Below are positions 26,000 through 36,674 of a stretch of DNA of 64,000 nt, piece after piece; positions within the stretch are counted from its first letter, which is position 1; every line of letters begins with the position of its first letter. Under the pieces are notes generated by a model that was not told where the DNA came from, ran no database searches, and saw only the letters and a list, made by a program, of their open reading frames with translations. Made by a program: the position numbers and the translations under genes. Origin of the DNA: Eledone cirrhosa (Eukaryota); the NCBI GenBank assembly GCA_964016885.1, contig OZ024741.1, positions 146,010,001-146,074,000 on the forward strand. The letters run 5' to 3'.

Positions 26000-27947
26000 G
26001 ATCGGGCAGTGTGGATTGAGACAGTACAAAAGGAGATTAGTGAACAAGCACACCAACAAACTGATTTAAGTATCACAGTTGAAACTCTTAAAGGGCAGGC
26101 CAGAAAACTAACCAACTAGAAATCACCAGGCCCAGATGGTGTGCAGGGGTATTGGATTAAAAATATAACATCCCTCCACCCGAAACTGACAACCATGTTC
26201 AATGACTGCTTGATGTCGGATGAGGTACCAGAGTGGTTTACAGTCATGGTAATGAAAGGTGGAATCAAGGGTAATGATGTTACCAACTATAGACCTATCA
26301 CATGTCTATCCGTAATGTGGAAACTGTTAACAAGCATTGTGTCTGATGAAATCTACCATCACCTCCACACAAACAACTTGTTAACGGACGAACAGAAAGG
26401 ATGCCGAAAGAAGTCCCGTGGTTCAAAAGACCAGTTACTTATTGATAAGATGGTAATGAGGAATTGCAAGAGGAGACACACTGGTCTTGCCATGGGATGG
26501 ATAGACTACAAAAAGGCATTCGACATGGTACCTCATTCTTGGATAACCAAAAGCTTAGAGATCTTCAAAGTGGCAGATAACATCAGACAGTTGTTGAGCA
26601 AAAGTATGAAGTCCTAGGAAACAGAATTAACATCGGGTGGAGAATCCTTGGGAGGCGTTAAGATCAAGAGAGGTATCTTCCAGGGAGATAGGCTGTCCCC
26701 TCTGTTGTTTGTCCTTGCCCTGATACCCCTGACCATTATATTGCGAAAAGTGAGAGCAAGATACAAGTTGTGAAAAGGAGAGCTTACCATCAACCACCTC
26801 CTGTTCATGGACGATCTTAAACTCTTTGGGAAGAGTGAGAAGGAGTTGGATGTACTTGTTGACACTGTCCGTCTTTTCAGCAGTGATATGTGTATGCAAT
26901 TTGGTATTAATAACTGTGGAGTTCTAGTGATGAAGAGGGGTAAATTGAGCAGAAGCAACGGAATCCAGGTACCAACAAGTGAGATGATAAAGGAAATTGA
27001 CACTGAAGAAAGATACAAATATTTATGTGTTCTGGAGGCAGATGACATCAAGAACAAAAAAATGAAGGAATTGATAAGATCTGAGTACACTAGGAGATTA
27101 AGGAGCATATTAAAATCACATCTAAATAGTAGAAATGTCATAAGTGCAGTGAATTCCCGAGCTGTGTCTGTTATTAGGTACAGTGCGGGAATTCTGAAAT
27201 GGAATGTTGCTGAACAAAAAGAAATGGATAGGAAGAGTAGGAAGCTATTGACTATCTACAACATGTTCCACAAGAGGAGTGATGTCGATAGACTCAAATT
27301 AAAGAGTTCTGAAGGTGGAGGAGGTCTTATCAGCATAGAGGACTGTGTTCAGATGGAGAAAAAGAACCTGCACAAATACGTGACTGACAGTAGGGAGCCA
27401 ATGCTCAGAATTGTACTGAAGGAGAGGACAATAGACCAGGGGATGTCCAAGGAGGAAATAACAACAAGGAGGAAGACCAACTTTCATGAAAAATCCCTTC
27501 ATAGTTCCTTCTTTGAGAAAACTGAATTTAGAGATCCACAGACATGGAACTAGTTGAAAAGAGGAGACCTTAAAAAGGCTACAGAAGGAATGCTAATGGC
27601 TGCGCAAGAGCAGGCTCTCAGAACGAAGTGGGTGAAACACCATATTTACAAGGAGGAGGCTAGCCCACAGTGTAGAATCGGTAGAGAGAGGAGACTGTGG
27701 CTCACATTGTATCTGAGTGTAAACACCTAGCCCAGACTCACTATAAAGGCTGGAGACATGATGTGATAGGCAGGGTGATCCACTGGCACCTATGCAAAGT
27801 AAGCAATTTACCACATTCTGAGAACCATAAGCCAGAGTCGGTGATAAAAAACGATCAGATGAAGGTGCTATGGGATTTTAGGATACAGACGGACAGGAAA
27901 CTGGAACACAATAGGCCTGACCTGGTGATTTTGGACAAGGAAAAAAG
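26000..27947 (+). mobile_element. Second R4/Dong-like family, truncated at both ends
   Basis: KSPGPDGVQGYW, NYRPITCL, EQKGC, WIDYKKAFD, GIFQGD, FMDDLKLF, HIVSEC, RHD, RPDLVILDK; starts directly after the (TAA)n tail of the previous element. Confidence 0.92.
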
Positions 27948-30900
27948 AGGTGGAGATGTCGTAGCCTGAGCGCGTGTCTGCGCATCATCAGCCACGGCAT
28001 GCCCAGCCCTCCACGTAGCGGGTGTTGACAGCAGATGGACCGCCTGACCATTGGAGCGCGTCCCTTCCACAAAAAGCGAAAGAGCAAACGCTCCAGCGCA
28101 ATCAGGCGGGGCTTAGGACAAGGTACGACGGTCAAGCGGTAGTAGATGACGGACGCGATGTACGCGTTAGTCACCTCCGCTCGACCTTTCATGGATAGCT
28201 TCCACTCCGCCCATTTCTGGGTGAGAGAAGCCACCCTGCTCGTCACCTCGTCCCATATTTTGTCCGTCTGGAGGTCCGGACCGAACCAGACCCCTAACAA
28301 TTTAACCGGTCCGTCCGTCCAGCGCCCGACGACGCTGTTGGACGGCATGGACCTTCCCCTCCAGGTGCCGAGCTGCAGGCCCACTGACTTATCCTGGTTG
28401 ATCATTGCTCCTGTCACCGCTTCGTATTCTCTTAGTCTAGTGCCGATCGCCTCGATATTTTTGGCGTTCGACACCAATACGGTGACATCGTCCGCATATG
28501 CTGACACGGATCTTCCGCATCCTAGTTCGCGCGGGACCCCCCTCAACGTCTCTAGTTTGTGCAGTAATGGCTCGAGAGTCAATACGTACAAGAGGGACGA
28601 GAGGGGACATCCTTGGCGGACCGAGCGCATGATGTTGAACGGTTCCGAAAGGTGACCGTTCACTCTCGCCACAGAGCAGATGTCACTGTGCATGGCAGCG
28701 ATCCAGCCCCTGAAGATGGGACCAAATCCAGCCGCCCTCGGGACTACCGCCAGGTAACGATGGTCGACCCTATCGAAAGCTTTCGACCGATCTAAATTGA
28801 TCAAGGAACCACCCGTGCCAGGTTCCCTAGCTACCCTCTCTACGATGCATCGCATGAGGTGGAGGTTGTCGTGGATGGATCTGTCGGGAATGGCGCATGT
28901 CTGCGCCTCTCCCACCAGACCACCAACGACAAGCGCCAACCTCTTTGCTAGCACCTTGGCCAGAATTTTGAACTCTGTGTTTACCATAGTTATGGGCCTG
29001 AAATTATCTATGTTATCCCCCTTGTTCGGATCCTTTCTCAGCAGCGCCACAACTCCTCGGCTCACAGAGCTGGGAATTCTCCCGTTCTGTTGCTAGTTGC
29101 AGTAGACGTCCGCCAAGAGGTCTCCCAACAAGTCTGGCATCTGTACGTAAAGTTCATAGGGCAGACCATCCAAACCAGGCGATTTACCCCTTGAGCAGCC
29201 AGTCATTGCCTCCCGTACATTAGCGGCTGTTATCGGCTTTTAGCAACACTCCGCCTGAGTGGCCGAGAGCCGCGGCAGTCCGTCGAGGTAGACACTAAAG
29301 TCCATCCATCGATCCGCCCCGCCGCTGCCCCCGAACAGCTGTGAGAAGTGTCGCTGAAAAGATTAACACATTTGCCCGGGATCGAGTAGCAATCGCCCGT
29401 CGTGGTCCACCAAAGACCGGATCGTGGCTTTGTGGCCACGACGCGCCTCCGCCACTCGGGCCCATTGAACGGCTTTCGCCCCCTCGTGTCTGAGAGCACG
29501 CACCCTAGCTCTGAAAACGCAGCCTTCGTGCTTTGCATTGAAAAATTGGTCATGGGCCAATTTCGCCACAAGTACGTCGGTGGCGATGCCTTTGCTAAGC
29601 GCCTACTTTGCTAATGCTTTTCTAACTAGTTCTCCCTCTGCTCTATTTTTCTCTATTGCTAAAGCCTTACTAAACCTAATGGACTGTATTCTAATTGCTC
29701 TTTTCAGAGCAAACCACCACTTGTTGTTGACGATGGCCCCCGTCAACGCCCGCTTAACTAGTTCGCTAATCCGGTCTCTGTAGGCCTTGCGCGCTGGTAA
29801 CGACGCGTTTAGCTTCCAGTAGCCGGGTCCTCGTCTATGAAGCATATCTAAGTCAAGAACACAGATCACGAATTTGTGGTCCGTGTAGCTGACTATCTTG
29901 AATTGAGGACAGCCTATTCTAGACCTATCTATTTCCCTACAAAATACTCTATCTAGATATGATCTGGATGACCCTATGCGATTTGTCCAAGTCCACATTG
30001 GCACATTTGGGAAATCCAATCGGTACATGTCAGACAGTTCAAAACGCCTGAGCAGGTTGGTGAGGCTCTTGCACCCTCCTCCCCCCTCCGCTAATCCCAC
30101 ACAGTCCCAGCGTGCATCTAAGATTCCGTTCCAGTCACCCACTAACACTAAAGAGCGGGACGTTCCAAGAAAGATCTCCAAACGCCGGAAGAAATCAAGC
30201 CGCCCTGCTCCTGTCGGGGCATAGACGGCCACTAGCCTGAAAGCTTGCCCGTATCCGCTGGTCACGTCTAGCACCACCAACTTACCTTCTGGGTCCAGGA
30301 AGATAGCCCGTATGGCGAGATCCAAACTTCTCCGAAAATGCACAGCAACTCCACCCCCCGATCCCGGACGGCTGGGAGATGCGTACACATCGTAGCCGCC
30401 GAAGATCGGTGCGAAGGCCCGTGCTTCGGAGATTCTGGTCTCGCTGATGGCCACTACATCTATGTTTAGTGCCCTGAGGTCGTTGAGCAGGTGGCCCTGC
30501 TTCCATGACGACCCCAAGTCACGCGCATTTATGCTGCCTATTCTGAGTGAGGTCATGTTGAAATGGAGTGGAAAAGATGGGAAAGACCACTTACCTTACT
30601 TCTCGTTGAGGAAGGATGGTTTCTCCATCCTTTTCCCTGATTGTGGCCTCCTCCGGAAGGATGTCCTTATAAATCCTCCTGGAGAGTGTTTGATGGAAGT
30701 CTCCGATGTCTTTTGGGAATTTTTGTTTTAGTGTCGTGTACGTTTTCTGTGTGATGCGAGTGATTCGTATGTGTGGAGGTGGTGTGAACTTTTGGGTTGT
30801 TGTGTAGTCTTTTTCTGTGATGCTGGTGTTTTGTTGGATGTAGTGTAATAATTGGTTGTTGTTCAAATTTAATGCTGTGTAGTGTGTATCGTTTTGGTTG

Positions 30901-32762
30901 TTTTGTTTTGTTTGCGTTTGTTGTGGGTTTGTTTCTGTTTCGCTTTTTGGTGACTTTTATGGTGTTTGTGATGGTGGTGTTGGGGTTAATGATGGTGATG
31001 GTGTTGGTGTTTGTGGTGATGGGGTTGGTGATGCTGGTGTGGATGGTGGCATATCTGTCCTAACTTTTTTGTTTGATAGATTATTTGTTTCCCTCTGTAT
31101 TTTGTTTTTGGAGGGGGGAGGGAAGAGAATTTTTTCTTTTTTGGTTTCTTTTTTTTCTTTTTTCCTGATACCGTTTCCCACTCCTCGTCGTCACAATCTG
31201 TCTTCAGTTGTGATAGGCCGGGGTGTGGAAAATCCTCCAAAGGCGTTGGCTTTGGTTGTGGCGTGGTGGATGGTGTAGGGGCTGGTGCTAGTTCTGGCGC
31301 GTTGGGTGGTGGGGGTGTTTGTTTTGCTACTGTTGCTGGGGTTGTTGCTGTTACAGTTGCTTCTGTTGTTGCTGCTACAGTTGTTGCGGCCATCTCTGCT
31401 GCTGGTGGCGTTGATGGTTGAGTCACTGGGGTGGGTAAGAGAGGCGGCCTCATCCTTTTAGCCTGAGGGCAGAAAGCCCTTAGGTGGGTTCCTTCACCAC
31501 AAACGACACACCTAGGTCTTCTGCCCTCGACAATTACGGTGAGGTTGCTGCCGTCAGTGAGGTCTATTACCTCTGGGATCTCCTGAATTCTTTTTTGGTC
31601 CGCTTGGATCAGGAGCTCCATCCCAGATCCGGACCAGTTCTCCTGCTTTTCTTTCGCTATTTCGATTATCTTGGTGTTGGCTTCGATGCCGGCGAGGACG
31701 GCTGCTATTAGCCAGGGAATTTCGATGGCCGGTGGAACGTGGGTCACCCTGATCTTTACGAGTCTCTGGCCACAATAGCTTGGGACGAGTGTGAAGTCGT
31801 CACTTCTTAATGGGGCCATGGAGTGTTCTCTGGCCTCCTGTGGTGTTTCAAAGAACACGTCCACGGTTCCATATTCCTGCCCACGTCTGATGTGGGTTTA
31901 TTTTGCCGACACATGTCCCAAAGCTTTTTGGATTTGGGACTCGGATGCTCGTTCCACTTGGCGCGATTTTATGTTAATTGTTCGATAAGACACGGTGCAT
32001 AGGCGCCGATGCTCCATTTTATTAGGTGGGGGTGAGGTTGACCTTGTACCCATCTTACTTTACCATTTTTTTGGCTTCTTCTAATTCCTCTGAGTTACCT
32101 GAAATACTTCGCACTGTTTTGCTACTCTGGCAAAACTCAGGGTGGTTTTCTTAATTTCATTGTTGTTGTTATCGTTATTTTTGTTATTGTTAATTTTAGT
32201 TTCAGTTGTGGTGGTGGTGGCGTCAGTGGTGTTCGGTGTGGAAGAGTTCATTTTGGTTGAATTCGATATCACGAGTTAATTTATTTTTTCTTTTGTTTCT
32301 GTTGTCGCGGTGGTGGTGGGGTGGTGGTTGTCGCGGTTTGTAGTAGGGGTGGTGGTTGTCGCGGTGGTGGTGGTGGCGGCTTTAACACCTGCAGTCATTG
32401 GTAATGGCGGGAAATGTATGTCTGCCTGAGACAAATTTAAAATATTGCTACTGCTTATATTTTTAGTGTTGGCAAACGTAGTAATATTTACAATGGTGGT
32501 GTCGGTGTGAGGTGTTAGTTTGTGAGGAAGGTGTGACTCCGAGTCGTCCATGATTTTTCAAAGAAAAATTTTGTTTGATAATTATAAAAGTTTAAATTTT
32601 GTGCTCAAGGCCCCAATCTTTTTGAGTGTCCTTTTCAGAAAACAATGTATGTGCACTTCTATACAGTTAACAATAAAATTTTCCATAAATGGCAATTTTA
32701 AACAACTGAAAATAACAAACTTTTGCGGACCTCACGATAGTACGATTTACAACGTAGGTCGC
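27948..32762 (-). mobile_element. Tx1/L1-clade LINE: 5' UTR, ORF1 (CCHC knuckle), ORF2 (APE endonuclease and RT); 3' end lost
   Basis: ORF1 pieces 32551-30591 with CVVCGEGTHLRAFC; ORF2 from 30556 with SINAR, SET, VYAP, GDWN, YLDR, TDH (APE); KSPGLDG, NFRPI, KAFDRV, VRQGCPLS, YADD, GGLG (RT). 5' end abuts (TTA)n. Confidence 0.95.
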
Positions 32763-32839
32763 CAATAATAATAATAATTATAATAATAATAATACTGATA
32801 ATAATAATAATAATAATGATAATAAGGATAATAATGCTT

Positions 32840-34232
32840 TCTTTATTAACCACAAGGGTTTACACAAAGTAGACATTAAGGACAGTACAGGAAAATGATA
32901 ATAAAATTTATTAATTCGAATAAAGATGCTTATATTATGAAAATAACGAAATATGTATACAAAGACATCATTTAGATGTACAGAAGTTTGTTCTTTGAAC
33001 TTAAGAAAAAATTGTACGAAAACCAATGCATGCAAAAACGGACAAATTTAGAAGCACAAAGACCGATACCCACCAAAAATGATGATATTTTAAAGTATGG
33101 GTTGGGCTTTACTTCTCAAGTGACACCAATAATATCAAAAAGACACAAATGGACACATGAGGAATATGCTTCGATTCTACTTGCATATTTTACAGCAACC
33201 CCATACTCTAAAAATTAAAACACAACAACACACACAAAATTTGGCAAAAAACCAACCCACACTCTAATTTAAAACTTGACTCCAACAAACAAGAAAATTT
33301 AAGGAGATACATATTAAAAACAAATATCAGACATGCACAACAAAAACACAAAAAACTAACAAACATGAATATGTTGAGAATATAAAATATGAAGAAAAGC
33401 CAACATATCCAAAACAGATAAATTAAACAAACACATCCAGAAATACAAATGAAAAGGTGTGGAGAAAGGTGTAGAAAAAGCCCCTCACCCCAAGGCGAAA
33501 CTCAAGATCACAATAGCATAAATCTAAAAATAATCCAAGAACTCCAAACAAAAAAAGATCTCCCTATACCCCTCCCAAATGATAAAAAGTAATAATAAAA
33601 CCAGTAGTTTGCATGAGGGACTCATAGAACCTGTCTTTTATAATGTCTGCTAGATCAGATTGGGGTACATAAGCAGATATAATTGTCACGGTTGTTCTAT
33701 TTAGAACTAGTCTAATTTTAATGATTCTGTCGTTCACTCTATATATGGCAATTAACTTATCTTCCCATTTTCTAACATAATTCATACTCTACTCAGACTG
33801 TTGTCATTACTTAGGAAAGAGAAAACATGTTTCTTAATTGATATGAGCATTCCATCAAATCCTAACATCTTCTCGAAATTGAAATTGAGAAAATGTGGCA
33901 TCTTAAGGCTTGTACAATACCAGTGATAGTTAGCACACTTGGAATGATAAAAAGGGAACTGAAAAATATTTGAACTGGATACCTGGAAAACGATCTCTGC
34001 AAGAGATAGAGAAAATAGTGCTGACTGGCACTGTTCATGTCCCAGAATGAGCATTATCAATTTAAAAACCTTGCAAAGATGTTTACTTATGTTTGTGCCT
34101 TTATCGTATCATCTGTATGACAATTGATTATAAAATATGTGTATTATCAAATTTTGCCTCAGGTGACAAGTTAACACTTGGAATTATTTGGGAAAGAAGC
34201 AGAATTCAAAGGAAGTTTCAAATAATAATAAT
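32840..34232 (+). mobile_element. Third, heavily decayed Dong-like element (5' part 32840-33560, 3' part ~33810-34232)
   Basis: KRHKWTHEEYASILLAYFTAT resembles KREKWSREDNKEVLEAFYTAM; 3' part LIDMSIPS..EIEKMWHL..IPVIVSTLGMI..EKIVLTGT; bounded by (TAA)n. Confidence 0.7.
33590..33785 (-). mobile_element. RTE AP-endonuclease fragment inside the Dong remnant
   Basis: RVNDRIIKIRLV..TIISAYVPQ..KDRFYESL. Confidence 0.7.
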
Positions 34233-34380
34233 AATATGAATACATACATACAAATACACACCATATACACACACATATTTTGAAAACCATTTTTTAATTT
34301 GTTTCCTATTCAACAATGCTTCAAGCAAGTGATAAAACTCTGCTATATATATATATATATTTTCCATTTATTAATATTAT

Positions 34381-34434
<54 letters not shown>

Positions 34435-34600
34435 AATTAATATCTAGTAACATATATATACATACAGATGCATATCAATGCCAGCAAATATATAGGTTTT
34501 GTCTTAGTAACTTTGTGGTTCAATGCATGGGGTTTCAGAACAATAATATGAGAGACGTAAAATAAGAAAATTATAAAATTAACTTACTTACTAAAATATC

Positions 34601-34682
34601 ACTTCCAACTAATTAGTTTCTGGAATGGAATAAATATATTTTCCGAAGAAGATACAGAGAAGCATTCCGTCGTCAGGGAAGT
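34601..34682 (-). ncRNA. Type I hammerhead ribozyme (inverted copy)
   Basis: Reverse complement of 34806-34887. Confidence 0.78.
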
Positions 34683-34805
34683 CTATTCTCATCTAAGTAT
34701 CCAGGCAAAGAATTCAGTCCACGCTTTGCTATTTTCTATCCACTGAATTATTTTTTAATAAGTTTCCAGTGTCCACGCTTTGCCTGGATACTTAGATGAG
34801 AATAG

Positions 34806-34887
34806 ACTTCCCTGACGACGGAATGCTTCTCTGTATCTTCTTCGGAAAATATATTTATTCCATTCCAGAAACTAATTAGTTGGAAGT
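34806..34887 (+). ncRNA. Type I hammerhead ribozyme
   Basis: ACTTCC (stem I) CTGACGA c GGAATG..35 nt..CATTCC a GAAA CTAATTAG TT GGAAGT: 6-bp stem I, 6-bp stem II, palindromic stem III, GUU cleavage triplet (after 34881). Confidence 0.82.
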
Positions 34888-35327
34888 GATATTTTAGTAA
34901 GTAAGTTAATTTTATAATTTTCATAATTTACGTCTCTCATATTATTGTTCTGCAACCCCATGCATTTAACCACAAAGTTACTAAGACAAAACCTATATAT
35001 TTGCTAGCATTGATATGCATCTGTATGTATATATATGTTACTAGATATTAATTCTTTATAATTATCTCCAAATTATTTGTCGAGCAATATTGGCCATGAC
35101 TGCTGCTATGGTAGCAGGCAGGCCGCTGTCTTATTAGCAAACCACTTTCCACTGATTGACCTCGATGTCACGTGATTGATTCTTTTTGAACTTTCCACCG
35201 ACGCAGAGGCAGTGATTTTCTCAATGGCTAGGAATTCAGTCCACGCTTTGCTATTTTCTATCCACTGAATTATTTTTTAATAAGTTTCCAGTGTCCACGC
35301 TTTGCCTGGATACTTAGATGAGAATAG

Positions 35328-35409
35328 ACTTCCCTGACGACGGAATGCTTCTCTGTATCTTCTTCGGAAAATATATTTATTCCATTCCAGAAACTAATTA
35401 GTTGGAAGT
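35328..35409 (+). ncRNA. Type I hammerhead ribozyme (tandem copy, +522 nt)
   Basis: Identical to 34806-34887. Confidence 0.82.
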
Positions 35410-35691
35410 GATATTTTAGTAAGTAAGTTAATTTTATAATTTTCTTATTTTACGTCTCTCATATATATATATATATCAATAATATTAATAAATGGAAAAT
35501 ATCTTTATAAAACCATATTTATAAAGATATTTTCCATTTATTAATATTATTGATATTAATGATACTCCAGAAAAATTCCGTTGAGTGCTTCTAACTTGTT
35601 GTAAATTAACTTTGTTGAATAATCAACAAACCAAATAACTCATTGTTTATATATATATATATAGAACACTCAGACCATGGGACGAATCATG

Positions 35692-35840
35692 TATAATCAG
35701 TTAAAACAGTGGCATTACAAAAATACTTAAGTTATGTTGGGTTTAACATCAACTCAAACAATAAGGCAGACTGAATGGGTTGGTGTTAAATCCAACGAAA
35801 CTTAATTATCTGCATAATGCCACTGTTGTAACTGATTATA
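35692..35840. mobile_element. Small diverged inverted-repeat element with hammerhead remnant (35766-35813, +)
   Basis: Arms 35692-35756 and 35776-35840; right arm GCAGA CTGAATGG GTTGG..CCAAC GAAA CTTAAT TA TCTGC. Confidence 0.6.
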
Positions 35841-35980
35841 TATACATATGTGGGTCCCAGGTGCAATCAGGGGTAACCACAGTAAGTAAAGTACTCAATA
35901 CATTAGTAGAGTGTATAAAACAAAATTTAATGTAGAAATGACTTCTACAGTTCTAGAACATTTTCACTCGAATGAAACAG

Positions 35981-36014
<34 letters not shown>

Positions 36015-36018
<4 letters not shown>

Positions 36019-36599
36019 TGTTATACTTGGGGAGGGTCATATTTGTGTAATATTGCCAGAATTGATAACAGAACTGTTTGGTTGGTTTTCGCTTTTCGCT
36101 TCTGTGTCTTTTATATCGGTAATCTAATTTATTCGGTCCTCAATGTTGCCATTGACTGACCAACGGTCAAAATAATACAGATACAATATAGACACAAACA
36201 CATATATATAGTTTATCAAAGTTCTTTCGTTGCACATCTGCAACATCGTCAGTGGTGCTATTGTTTCCTCCCGTTGCATTGTATTTTCTACGCCATTTTA
36301 TTAATAAAGATGGCGTAGAAAATACAATGCAACGAGAGGAAACAATAGCACCACTGACGATGTTGCAGATGTGCAACGAAAGAACTTTGATAAACTATAT
36401 ATATGTGTTTGTGTCTATATTGTATCTGTATTATTTTGACCGTTGGTCAGTCAATGGCAACATTGAAGACCGAATAAATTAGATTACCGATATAAAAGAC
36501 ACAGAAGCGAAAAGCGAAAACCAACCAAACAGTGAGTGTGTTCTGTTATTAATTCTGGCAATATTACACAAATATGACCCTCCCCAAGTATAACAATAT
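36015..36599. mobile_element. ~585-bp near-perfect palindrome in (TA)n carrying a minimal hammerhead-like motif in each arm
   Basis: Centre at 36302/36303 (tttatt|aataaa); arms differ by a few substitutions and small indels; CTGACGA t GTTGCA gatg TGCAAC GAAA GAAC TT at 36354-36387, mirrored at ~36217-36251. Confidence 0.7.
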
Positions 36600-36674
36600 T
36601 TGTTTCGACACACGATTTCATATCAAAAACCTCGCAAATCTAATTCATCGCCGTTATATATATATATATATATC

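Larger units (their letters stand above)
34429..35461. mobile_element. Non-autonomous Penelope-pLTR/retrozyme-like element: inverted arm plus 522-bp partial tandem, in (TA)n
   Basis: 34429-34710 is the reverse complement of 34778-35059 (few mismatches); 34710-34939 recurs at 35232-35461 (offset 522); (TA)n at both outer ends; three hammerhead copies. Confidence 0.85.
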
